In this document: positions 7,834 to 16,806 of the stretch, piece after piece
How positions within the stretch are numbered: position 1 is the stretch's first letter
How the letters are laid out: each line of letters starts with the position of its first letter
IMG/VR virus record: IMGVR_UViG_3300037313_001456
Span: 1-46,988 of that record
From: a virus
Taxonomy: Duplodnaviria > Caudoviricetes
Length of the DNA stretch: 46,988 nt
Strand: one strand, 5' to 3'
Notes under the pieces: generated by a model
The model's input: the letters and a program-made list of their open reading frames with translations, nothing else
Databases searched by the model: none
What the model was told of the DNA's origin: nothing
Position numbers and translations under genes: made by a program

Positions 7834-7963
7834 TATTTTTTGACGTTGATATAGCGTGGAAATTGACTTGCACCGGATCGCGGACGTCATGTCTCTTCTC
7901 AAGTCCCCAATCCCTCTGAACTTAGGACCCTCGCCTTGCCACGGCAGAGGTCGCATCTACATT

Positions 7964-7992
7964 TTGACAAGGCTATTTTGCGGCTTTATCGT
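7964..7992 (+). promoter_or_regulatory. Sigma70-like promoter, probably giving a leaderless mRNA
   Basis: TTGACA-N17-TATCGT, then 6 nt, then ATG at 7999; no SD sequence. Confidence 0.55.
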
Positions 7993-7998
7993 CGACTC

Positions 7999-8214
7999 AT
8001 GAAACAATCACATATCGTTGAAAAGCACGCTCTAACAACCAAAGAAGCCGCCGCATATACCGGCTTGGCTGAATCAACCCTGCGGCAGGGACGCTTGATG
8101 AAGGAAAGAGCCAATCGAATTAAGACGCCGCCTTATGTTCAAGACGGCAAGTTTGTTCGGTACCTAAAGCCCGATCTCGATGCATGGCTGTTAGCTCGTA
8201 AGGTTCGTAGATAA
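7999..8214 (+). CDS. MerR/AlpA/Xis-like HTH DNA-binding protein
   Basis: LTTKEAAAYTGLAESTL...PPYVQDGKFVRYLKPDLDAWL (HTH_17 pattern). Confidence 0.88.
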   Translation: MKQSHIVEKHALTTKEAAAYTGLAESTLRQGRLMKERANRIKTPPYVQDGKFVRYLKPDLDAWLLARKVRR

Positions 8215-8568
8215 GCATGTCGATTATGCGGTCAAAGGGGTGGCGTTTAATCGGATAGCGAATGAAGCTGCCCCCGCCCTCTCTCCCACCTCTCTCCCTC
8301 TCTCCCACGCTGCTAAACTTGACGCGTAACTATTACACACGTCAAATCTGACGGTATATATTTTCTACATTATCTCTGTTTGACTACTCACATGCGCACG
8401 CGCCTTAAGCCTGACTGAGATGCACGAGACCGGGGGGTGGGGGGCCTGGGGTGCTGGCGGTGCGGACCTTCCTCCCCCTTCCCGCCCCGAAACACCCCGG
8501 AAATTCCGTCAAATCCCGCTCAAACCTGAAAATCATACATAGCGCTCTACGCAACACTGCTGTAATTT

Positions 8569-9306
8569 TTGCATGACAGCACATATGCGGTATGCAATTC
8601 TGACCTCGTGGACGCCATTGAGACTGCAACAGACATCTGGAAACGCGACGACGAGCGTAGCCTGATCAACATCCTGCCCACGGTGGTTTCCAATAAACTG
8701 ATCGAGGGCTCCAAGGGTAGACCCGATCTCTTTGGTCTCGATGAACGAACGCTGTTTAAGACACTCCGTACCGAGAAGAAAGTCCCCACTCCTACGGACA
8801 ACCGGTTACGTCTGGCGTTCTGGATGGAGTACGACCGCGCTCAAGCGTCAAATAAGCGCATGGAGATCCTACCCATCGTTGCCGGCATTTGCATGCCGCA
8901 TTACTTCTACAACGAGTATTTGCAGCGTCCTGAGAAAGTAGCCTGGCTTGTGTGCCCCCCTGCTTCCTACGAAGTCGTCATGGAAGAGGGCCTTCAGTTC
9001 GGGATTGAACAGCTCAGGGACATCTTGGAGCAACCCCACGTATCGCTCAACTCCAAGAACCAAGAAGTCGTCAACGTCAAATTGGCTGAGCTCAAGGCCA
9101 AGATCGTTGCGATGCTCGACGTCCGGGTTAAGGGCGCTCCCCTTCAACGCATCCAACAGACCTCCATGAACGTCAATGTTTCGGAGAAGCAAATCTCCGC
9201 AGCCATGACCGAACTCACCATGGATCAGATTGAAAAGAAGCTTGAAGACCTCCGCAAACGCGACAGACACCAACAGGTCATTGAACTGAAGCCGGAGGAG
9301 ACATGA
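8569..9306 (+). CDS. Probable terminase small subunit
   Basis: First large gene of the late operon. Helical core, a beta-strand segment (TSMNVNV) and an LTMDQIEKKLEDL tail typical of TerS. Start codon uncertain. Confidence 0.55.
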   Translation: MHDSTYAVCNSDLVDAIETATDIWKRDDERSLINILPTVVSNKLIEGSKGRPDLFGLDERTLFKTLRTEKKVPTPTDNRLRLAFWMEYDRAQASNKRMEILPIVAGICMPHYFYNEYLQRPEKVAWLVCPPASYEVVMEEGLQFGIEQLRDILEQPHVSLNSKNQEVVNVKLAELKAKIVAMLDVRVKGAPLQRIQQTSMNVNVSEKQISAAMTELTMDQIEKKLEDLRKRDRHQQVIELKPEET

Positions 9307-9698
9307 ACTTACAAATGGACGAACAAATCAAAACCGAGCGGGCAATTCTTGGGACCATTATCCTCGATAACCAGTTATTTGAAGCCGCCGATTGTTGGGG
9401 TTTGTCATTGCAGCACTTTCAAGTCGAAGCACATCGCAAAATATTCGATGCAATGTGGAGAATCTTTGCCCAAGGGCTGCCAATCGATTTGGTGACCCTC
9501 ACTGAGGAATTGCGTTCCAGCGGACATTTCGACGAGATAGGCGGCACTCCCGCCTTAACAGGCCTCTTCGAAAATGAGTTCTCAGTTAAAGACCTCAGAT
9601 CCAACATCACGCTAATTCGTAAATCTTTCTGGCAAAAGCTGACGACGCCAAGGTTATGCAGCGCATGCGCAGCAAAAAAGGTTTCGGAGGATGCATGA
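9303..9698 (+). CDS. Stand-alone DnaB helicase N-terminal domain protein
   Basis: ERAILGTIILDN...HFQVEAHRKIFDAM...PIDLVTLTEEL...IGG..AL..L; no ATPase domain; C-terminal CSAC. Confidence 0.85.
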   Translation: MNLQMDEQIKTERAILGTIILDNQLFEAADCWGLSLQHFQVEAHRKIFDAMWRIFAQGLPIDLVTLTEELRSSGHFDEIGGTPALTGLFENEFSVKDLRSNITLIRKSFWQKLTTPRLCSACAAKKVSEDA

Positions 9699-9889
9699 TT
9701 TTCGGATTCTGGCGTTCAAAACCATCCCGCTGCGATTGCGGACAGCCACGCGACGAAGGCTATCTCTACTGTTTGTCGTGCAGGAATCGAATGAAAGAGC
9801 TGCTCGAAAGAGAATTGGAGCGAGAACGCCTCCGACGCCAAGAGCGAATTGAAGCCGCTATGGAACGCGCATGGGAGATCAACCGATGA
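9695..9889 (+). CDS. Small Zn-finger plus coiled-coil protein
   Basis: CDCG...YCLSC; ATGA-coupled; GGAGG RBS. Confidence 0.65.
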   Translation: MIFGFWRSKPSRCDCGQPRDEGYLYCLSCRNRMKELLERELERERLRRQERIEAAMERAWEINR

Positions 9890-10149
9890 AGCTCCTTCAG
9901 AAGCTAGCCGCAGCTGCATTTCATCTCTCCTACAATCGCTCCACGGATCGCGTTCCGAGCAATGAGGAATCCTACATATACGGGTACGAGGACGGATTTA
10001 AACAGGCGCGAGATATGGCTGCGAACTTTCTCGGCCCCCCTTGGCCATACGCAATTTTTAACACCAGCACGGATGAAATTACCTGGGATCGAGAAGGCAT
10101 CGATCTCATAAAAAGCTGCATGAAGTTACTCGGCGAGGAGGAAGCATGA
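9886..10149 (+). CDS. Hypothetical protein
   Basis: ATGA-coupled; YIYGYEDGFKQA. Confidence 0.7.
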   Translation: MKLLQKLAAAAFHLSYNRSTDRVPSNEESYIYGYEDGFKQARDMAANFLGPPWPYAIFNTSTDEITWDREGIDLIKSCMKLLGEEEA

Positions 10150-10379
10150 ACCAATTCATCCAAGAACTCCTCGACACCGTAGAAGAAGGGCTCGATGTCA
10201 GATTCCGCAAGGGATACTTCTCACACGACCTCGTCATTCGAGTTTCGGATTACTCCAAAGAACCTTCTCTGCATTTCGAAACCACAGTCAGTACAGATCA
10301 GCGATTCAAGCTTGAAACCGATAAAATGCTCGCCGCTCACCTAAAAAGGGCGAAAACCAAAGTTCTAAAGGCACCCTAA
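10146..10379 (+). CDS. Hypothetical protein
   Basis: ATGA-coupled; GGAGG RBS. Confidence 0.7.
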   Translation: MNQFIQELLDTVEEGLDVRFRKGYFSHDLVIRVSDYSKEPSLHFETTVSTDQRFKLETDKMLAAHLKRAKTKVLKAP

Positions 10380-10651
10380 TGGATATCCAACACACACCAC
10401 AAGAAGCTCAGAATAGAGACAAAAGAATCAGGTACTTGAACTCCGTTTACCAATCGACGGTCGCTAAGCACAAGGCCGAGATCGAAGAACTGAAAAAAAT
10501 TTTGGAGCGTGAGCGCTCCTATTCCAACTACCTGTACAACACTCCGACTCGCCAGCTTCTCAAGCGTGCGCTCAATCAAATCTGCAACCCAATCATCAAC
10601 TTGTTTAGGAGGCCATCATGGACGGACAGAGACCAAGTATCGGAAGAATAG
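10379..10651 (+). CDS. Hypothetical coiled-coil protein
   Basis: TAATG overlap with the upstream gene. Confidence 0.6.
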   Translation: MDIQHTPQEAQNRDKRIRYLNSVYQSTVAKHKAEIEELKKILERERSYSNYLYNTPTRQLLKRALNQICNPIINLFRRPSWTDRDQVSEE

Positions 10652-10920
10652 TGAACTACACCAACCTTGGAGACAAGGATGGGAAATATCCACCTGAAAT
10701 TCAGGCTGCTCTTATCACAGGCGTCTACTTTCAAGCTCCTCGCGCAGAGGGCGCACCGGAAACTGAACCCGGAGCATCTGCAAATAAGGTTGGAGATAAG
10801 TCGAGTTCGATGTTCGTCGACCTGAAGATTTTCTATCGCTCTGGATTTTTTGACATGCAGAAAGTTCCATATGCCGCTGAGCCTACGCGCGGTCACTGGA
10901 ACTGGCCACCGAGGGTGTAA
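10618..10920 (+). CDS. Conserved phage hypothetical protein
   Basis: PSIGRIVNY...AALIT.V...VDLKIF...W.WPPRV, a recurrent small beta-barrel family; AGGAGG RBS. Confidence 0.8.
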   Translation: MDGQRPSIGRIVNYTNLGDKDGKYPPEIQAALITGVYFQAPRAEGAPETEPGASANKVGDKSSSMFVDLKIFYRSGFFDMQKVPYAAEPTRGHWNWPPRV

Positions 10921-11144
10921 TGAAAGTCTTCACCTACACATATACAGGGGTGAATCCAAAGCTTCACAATCCTGTGAAGGACACGATGAAAGTCGAAGGC
11001 CCTTCCCTCTCTCAGGTTCTTTCGAGATCGCGTTTCTCAGGAAAACAGAAGTGCGATCTAAAAAACTATGGAAAGACCGAGTGGATCGATGACAAGGGCA
11101 CTACACACACGATCGAGATCCAGGAGAGGCCATGGTCTTCTTAG
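10920..11144 (+). CDS. Hypothetical protein
   Basis: TAATG overlap. Confidence 0.65.
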   Translation: MKVFTYTYTGVNPKLHNPVKDTMKVEGPSLSQVLSRSRFSGKQKCDLKNYGKTEWIDDKGTTHTIEIQERPWSS

Positions 11145-11248
11145 CAATCATGATCTATCTGGCAATCTGCGTCTTCATCGGAGTTTTTCTTGGCGTGCTG
11201 ATTAATCGCTTCGGAAGTCTCGATGATGACCAGGAAGAAATAGAATGA
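11132..11248 (+). CDS. 38-aa single-TM protein (not in ORF track)
   Basis: MVFLAIMIYLAICVFIGVFLGVLINRFGSLDDDQEEIE; AGGAG RBS. Confidence 0.55.
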   Translation: MVFLAIMIYLAICVFIGVFLGVLINRFGSLDDDQEEIE

Positions 11249-11429
11249 AACACACGTTTTCTGTCGAACACGGTTTTCGTGATTTGGGAGCCGCCTCTTC
11301 TTGCGTGAACGTCTCGTGCGCCCCGGTCTGGGGGGCTCCGCTATTGAATACGCCCCAGTCCGGCAATTACCGGCCTCGCTTGCTCCGTCGAGTCGCAGTA
11401 ACGAGACGAACGGAGTGGTTTAAAACTTT

Positions 11430-11515
11430 GGGGAGTTGACGCCGAGTGGGATGGCACTGCGCTGTAAACGCAGGGACTTCGGTCAGAGGGTGTTCGATTC
11501 ACTCACTCCCCACCA
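11430..11515 (+). tRNA. tRNA-Tyr (GTA)
   Basis: Acceptor GGGGAGT/ACTCCCC-A-CCA; anticodon arm CTGCG-CTGTAAA-CGCAG; long variable arm; T arm GGGTG-TTCGATT-CACTC. Confidence 0.88.
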
Positions 11516-11688
11516 ATTAAGGATTCAAGATGGGAACGCTTTCGTGACCGCGAACGTTTCGTGCGGGAGGATGACCGGGGTTCCCACGGCGAAAGCTGTC
11601 AAATACCGGCTCCTCGCATATTCGGTATCTCGGGCACCGTAGAGTCGAGCAGTAACGAAGCGAACGGTGCAAATGTGGAGGAATTGGA

Positions 11689-13215
11689 TTGAGTAGCAAA
11701 GTCCATTCTGAGGAGCTCGCAAGGAAGCGGGAACTTCTGGCCCTTGAGGAGCAACGGATTGCTTTACAAGAGGGCCTTCCACACCTTTATGGTTGGAAGT
11801 GGTACACATGGGCTAAGGCTTTCTTTGACTCCACTTGCCGAGTCAATCTCCTCACCGCTGCAAACCAAGTCTCCAAAAGCTCAACAATGATTAGAAAATG
11901 TATCCACTGGGCTACAGAGACCTCACTCTGGCCATCCCTCTGGAAGCGAAAGCCCAAGCAATTCTGGTATTTCTACCCGACTGCTCCGCTTGCTACCTCA
12001 GAATTTGAGACAAAATGGCAGGAGTTTCTACCTGCTGGAAAGTACAAGGACGATCCGAAGTATGGGTGGCGTGAGGTCTATAAGAATAAAGAGATCCATG
12101 CGATCTACTTCAATTCCGGAATCATCGTCTACTTTCACTCTTATGCTCAGGGGGCAACCGCACTCCAAGCCGGAACAATTGACGCCATGTTTTGCGACGA
12201 AGAAGTTCCTGTCGCACTTTATGACGAGCTCCAATTCCGTCTGTCCGCCTCTGAAGGCTATTTTCATTCTGTCTTCACGGCGACTCTGGGCCAAGAATTC
12301 TGGCGACTTGTTATGGAGCCTGAGGACCACGAAGAAGAGAAGCTCCCGAATGCATTCAAACAGACGATCTCGCTGTTCCAATGCAAGTTCTATGCGGATG
12401 GCACTCCTACGCACTGGACTGAAGAGAAAATACAAGACGTCATCGCCAAATGCTCAACAGACGATGAAATCCTAAAGCGCGTCTGGGGCAAATTCGTTCG
12501 AGATAAGGCTGGAAAGAAATATCCGCAATTCCAAATCAAGCGGCATATGCGGCCAAAGCACCCGCTGCCAAAGGATTGGTTCATATTTGGCGCAGCTGAC
12601 TCAGGAGCCGGCGGAAAGCAAAACCACCCAGCGGCCTGCTGTTTCGTCGCCGTCAGGCCTGATTATCGTGCTGGAAGGGTATTCTTGGGTTGGCGCGGGG
12701 ATGGAATCATTACCACGTCAGGGGATGTCGTCAAAAAGTTCGTCGATCTCAAAAAAGATCACAACTTGATCATGACGAACCAGTTCTACGATTGGGCCGA
12801 TAAAGACTTCCAGACCATCGCCGTCTCAATGGGCGAATCATTTGCTCCGGCAGACAAATCCCACGAAACCGGCGAGACAATTCTAAACACACTCTTCAAA
12901 CACGACATGCTCCTCATTTACGAGGACGAAGAGCTTCACAAGCTTGCTGCCGAGCTCGCAGCTCTTCGAAAAGACACTCCAAAAAATAAGGCCAAGGACG
13001 ACTTCGCTGATGCATTGCGATACGCGGTCAGTCAGGTTCCCTGGGATTTCTCAGGGATCAACGGAATTGACGTTCAGATTGTTACAGAGCGCCCAATGAA
13101 CGACACGGAAAGGCAAATTCATGAACGAAGAAAGTCATTTGAAGCCGAGCACGCTGAGGAAGTCCAAAGAATTGAAGACGAAATCGCCGAGTGGAACGAG
13201 TGCTATGACGCCTGA
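11689..13215 (+). CDS. terL: Terminase large subunit (P22-like)
   Basis: Walker A-like AANQVSKS, Walker B MFCDEE, FTAT coupling motif, nuclease GAADSG and DDFADALRY; GGAGGA RBS before TTG. Confidence 0.92.
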   Translation: MSSKVHSEELARKRELLALEEQRIALQEGLPHLYGWKWYTWAKAFFDSTCRVNLLTAANQVSKSSTMIRKCIHWATETSLWPSLWKRKPKQFWYFYPTAPLATSEFETKWQEFLPAGKYKDDPKYGWREVYKNKEIHAIYFNSGIIVYFHSYAQGATALQAGTIDAMFCDEEVPVALYDELQFRLSASEGYFHSVFTATLGQEFWRLVMEPEDHEEEKLPNAFKQTISLFQCKFYADGTPTHWTEEKIQDVIAKCSTDDEILKRVWGKFVRDKAGKKYPQFQIKRHMRPKHPLPKDWFIFGAADSGAGGKQNHPAACCFVAVRPDYRAGRVFLGWRGDGIITTSGDVVKKFVDLKKDHNLIMTNQFYDWADKDFQTIAVSMGESFAPADKSHETGETILNTLFKHDMLLIYEDEELHKLAAELAALRKDTPKNKAKDDFADALRYAVSQVPWDFSGINGIDVQIVTERPMNDTERQIHERRKSFEAEHAEEVQRIEDEIAEWNECYDA

Positions 13216-13573
13216 TCCTGAGAAAACTCTTTCCTCCGACGAGGTGCGAGCTATAATCAGTATCTGTGGGAAGTCTCGGGTCGCCGAACTGAAATTTGGC
13301 GATCTCTATGTTCGCTTCGACACGCCCGTCGAGCAGATGAAACAAATGCGCGGGATCTACATCCCGGCAGCGGACACTACTCACCTAACATCAACCGATA
13401 ACGAAATTTCGGCAATCCAAACCAACGAAGCCCAACAAGCGCTAGAGCGCGATGAGATCGCTCTCAAAGAAGAGCGTCTTGCGCAGATGTTCATCGAGAA
13501 CCCTCTCGAAGCCGAGCGTCTACTTGTTGAAGGCAAGTTAGAGGACGCCGATGGACCAGAGCAATACGAATAG
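13205..13573 (+). CDS. Hypothetical protein between TerL and portal
   Basis: Likely start MTPDPEK at 13205; overlaps both neighbours. Confidence 0.7.
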   Translation: MTPDPEKTLSSDEVRAIISICGKSRVAELKFGDLYVRFDTPVEQMKQMRGIYIPAADTTHLTSTDNEISAIQTNEAQQALERDEIALKEERLAQMFIENPLEAERLLVEGKLEDADGPEQYE

Positions 13574-15668
13574 TCCGGTTGAACTCAAAAAACACACACA
13601 CGCCGAACTCGAAAAGCTCTACACAGAAGCTGAACAATGCGATTCTGAAATCTTTGCTGAAATGAGGAGCAATTTGCTTCTCATCGGAGGCGAGCACTAC
13701 AATCGCAAACTCTCCTCTTTCTTCCGTCGCATTCGCGACTCCAAGGAGCTCAATGATCAACAGAAGCTCCGTCTCACAAAAAACCACGTCCAAAATATCT
13801 GCAAGCAGTACGTCAACAATATCGTTTCCATGGCCCCAGGTGTTGGGTTTGAGCCTAAAAACGAATCCGAGATCCAAGACCAGAAAAAGGCAGAACTTCA
13901 CCATGCCGTCTGGCAAGACGCAAAAGAACGCTACAAAATTGACGAATTGATCGACGATTGGTGCGACGATTTCGTGGGCGTCGGAGAAGTTCACTGCAAG
14001 ATCTTCTTTGACCCTACCGGTGGTCAGCTCGTTGGACATCGCCAAGCAACAGACGACGAAGGAAATCTGCAATTTGACGAAAATGGGCAGCCTGTTCTAG
14101 GCGAATCTGTCTATTCCGGCGAGTTCGTATTCGAAGAACTCTATGGCTTCAATCTTCTCAGATCGCCTGAAGCAAAAGACATCAAAAAGTCTCCTCACGG
14201 GATCATTCGAAAGATGGTCAACAAGGAGGTGCTCCTATCGAAGTTTCCTGACAAAAAGAAATTCATCCAAGAGTCCATGGATCAAACCATGGTTGTATTC
14301 GATGGCGCAAAGGGCGGGTATCGAAAAACAGAGAACGAAGTTCTACTCAAGGAATTCTACTTTCGCCCGTGCCCAAGATACCCAAAGGGATGGTTCTTCT
14401 TTTCGACTAAAGAAGGAATTCTTGCCGATGGCGAGCTACCTGGCGGCGTATTCCCAATCGTTTCAGAGATTTTCGACAAGATTCAGACCACTCCTCGTGG
14501 AAGATCTCCAGTAAAAGTCATGCGGCCCTACCAAGCCGAGATCAACCGCTCAGCTTCTAAGATGGCTGAACACCAAATCACGCTCGGAGATGACAAAGTT
14601 CTCATCCAAAACGGAACCAAGATCTCCGCTGGCGCTGCCCTTCCCGGCGTTCGATCGATTAACTACACCGGTATTGAGCCAAAGATCTTAGGCGGTCGCG
14701 ATGGATCTCAATATTTGACCTACATGCAGTCCCAAATCGAAGAGCTCTATCAGGTGATGAACGTTGCCGAAGATTCGGTCGAGAAAAATGGGCAACTCGA
14801 TCCCTATGCAATGCTTTTCCGGTCCGCTACGCAGAAAAAGAAGTTCCAGCGTTACATCAAACGCTTTGAGCGGTTCCTGATCAACGTTGCAAAGACCTAT
14901 ATCCAGCTTGCGAAGGCCCATTTGCCGGATAACGCCGTCATTTTCGCAGTCGGACGCAAGGAAATGGTCAATATTCCTGAATTCAGGTCGTCCGATGACC
15001 TCTGTTACGAAATCACGGTCATTCCACAGAGCGATGACATAGAAACGAAGATGGGTAAGCAGCTTTTCTTAAACCATCTCGTCCAATACGCCGGAACACA
15101 GCTCGATAAACAAGATTTAGGTAAGCTGATTCGGCTCTCACCATACGCGAACCTCGAAGAAGGCCTCTCTGACCTCACGATCGACTACGACTGCGGAACG
15201 AACATGATTCTTGCTCTCGATCGCGGAGAGCAACCCATTATTTCTCCTTACGACGATCCTCAATACATGATTCGCAGACTTGTTGGTCGAGCAAGGCAAC
15301 CGGATTTCAAGTTTCTACCTCCTGAAGTGCAAGGCGCATACGCGCAAACCATCTCCATCTACCAGAAGATTGACGTCTGGCAGAAAAAACAAATCCAAAT
15401 GGCTGAAGCAGGGTTCATCCCAACGGGTGGCTACCTTGTCGGCTGTGATTTCTACGTTACGGACCAAGCGGACCCTCAAAAGACCCGCCGGGCTCGTATC
15501 CCATATGAATCCCTCAAGTGGCTGATCGACAAGCTGGAGGCCCAAGGACAGGGCCTTGACGAACTGGAGCACATGAACCAAGGCGCACTTGCGCAAATGG
15601 CTCAGATGATGACCCAGAATCAGGGACAGCCACCCAACGGAGTGAGTGGAGTTCCTCAAGCCGGATAA
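13551..15668 (+). CDS. Portal protein (P22-like)
   Basis: 705 aa after TerL; LTKNHVQNICKQYV, GVGEVHCKIFFD, PYQAEINRSASK; Q-rich C-terminus. Confidence 0.88.
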   Translation: MDQSNTNSPVELKKHTHAELEKLYTEAEQCDSEIFAEMRSNLLLIGGEHYNRKLSSFFRRIRDSKELNDQQKLRLTKNHVQNICKQYVNNIVSMAPGVGFEPKNESEIQDQKKAELHHAVWQDAKERYKIDELIDDWCDDFVGVGEVHCKIFFDPTGGQLVGHRQATDDEGNLQFDENGQPVLGESVYSGEFVFEELYGFNLLRSPEAKDIKKSPHGIIRKMVNKEVLLSKFPDKKKFIQESMDQTMVVFDGAKGGYRKTENEVLLKEFYFRPCPRYPKGWFFFSTKEGILADGELPGGVFPIVSEIFDKIQTTPRGRSPVKVMRPYQAEINRSASKMAEHQITLGDDKVLIQNGTKISAGAALPGVRSINYTGIEPKILGGRDGSQYLTYMQSQIEELYQVMNVAEDSVEKNGQLDPYAMLFRSATQKKKFQRYIKRFERFLINVAKTYIQLAKAHLPDNAVIFAVGRKEMVNIPEFRSSDDLCYEITVIPQSDDIETKMGKQLFLNHLVQYAGTQLDKQDLGKLIRLSPYANLEEGLSDLTIDYDCGTNMILALDRGEQPIISPYDDPQYMIRRLVGRARQPDFKFLPPEVQGAYAQTISIYQKIDVWQKKQIQMAEAGFIPTGGYLVGCDFYVTDQADPQKTRRARIPYESLKWLIDKLEAQGQGLDELEHMNQGALAQMAQMMTQNQGQPPNGVSGVPQAG

Positions 15669-15694
15669 CGGAATATCCGGAGGAGTAGAACGCA

Positions 15695-16771
15695 ATGTTT
15701 GAAGCTTTCCAGTCTGCGCAAGCAAGCGCATCTGTGGAACCATCTGTCGATACCACCACCGTGTCCACACAGGATACGGGATCAACGCCTCAAGAAGTCT
15801 CTACGCCAGAGCCAACTCAGCAAACACAGCCACCCCAGACTGTCGCTGAGAACATTAAAGCTAAAGCGCAGAAAGCAGCGCAAACCCCGTTCGTCAATTC
15901 TGACAACACCACTCAAAATCCATTCACGCCAAACTTCAAATTCAAAGTCATGGATAAAGAGCATGAAATTCCAGAGCTCTTTAGGTCCGTCATCAAAGAC
16001 GAAGAGTCGCAAAAATTGGCGAAGGAGATCTTCGAAAAGGCCTACGGATTAGACAGTCTCAAGCCACGCTTCAATGAAGTGCGAGAAAAATACAAAGAGA
16101 TCGATACAGCCCATAAGCAGGTTCTTGCCGGAATCAACGATCTCCGAGAGCTCTATCAGCGCGGAGACTTCGACGGATTTTTCAACAGACTTCAAATACC
16201 AGAAGAAAAGATTTTGCAATGGGTGGTGAATAAGGCAAAATATAACCAACTTCCACCAGATCAAAGACAAGTTCTGGATGAGAAACGCGCCGCTGAACAA
16301 AAAGCCTATCAGCTCGAAAAGCAACAGGCAGAGTATCAGCGGACCATCGAAGAGCAGGCAACCAACGCCAAGGCCATCTCTCTTCAAATCGCGCTCGAAA
16401 AGCCCGATCTCAAAGCCATCGTCGATGCGTTTGATTCTGCGCCAGGAAGAAAACCTGGGTCGTTCAGACAGGCTGTCATCGATGCCGGCGAGCTTGCTTG
16501 GTACAAGAGCAACGGAAAAGTAGACTTAACGCCCGAACAGGCGATCCAACAGGTCTTGGCATTTTACGGCAATCCGGTTCAACCGCAAGAACCGCCGATC
16601 ATTCCAGCGCAAAGGAATGTTTCTCAGCCGGCAGCGCAAGCAGCGCCCACGCCACCACCTGCTCAAACCGTCCTCCCGAACGTGGCCGGTAGACAGTCTG
16701 CGTCCGTATCGAAGTCCAAGCCCAAATCCATAGCAGATCTTAAAAAACTCGCTGCTCAGATGAGCGGTTAA
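15695..16771 (+). CDS. Scaffolding protein
   Basis: Between portal and capsid; disordered P/Q/T ends, coiled-coil core and basic C-terminal helix. Confidence 0.75.
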   Translation: MFEAFQSAQASASVEPSVDTTTVSTQDTGSTPQEVSTPEPTQQTQPPQTVAENIKAKAQKAAQTPFVNSDNTTQNPFTPNFKFKVMDKEHEIPELFRSVIKDEESQKLAKEIFEKAYGLDSLKPRFNEVREKYKEIDTAHKQVLAGINDLRELYQRGDFDGFFNRLQIPEEKILQWVVNKAKYNQLPPDQRQVLDEKRAAEQKAYQLEKQQAEYQRTIEEQATNAKAISLQIALEKPDLKAIVDAFDSAPGRKPGSFRQAVIDAGELAWYKSNGKVDLTPEQAIQQVLAFYGNPVQPQEPPIIPAQRNVSQPAAQAAPTPPPAQTVLPNVAGRQSASVSKSKPKSIADLKKLAAQMSG

Positions 16772-16806
16772 TCCCCCTCTTTGCAGCCAAAAAAAGGGCT
16801 TAAACA

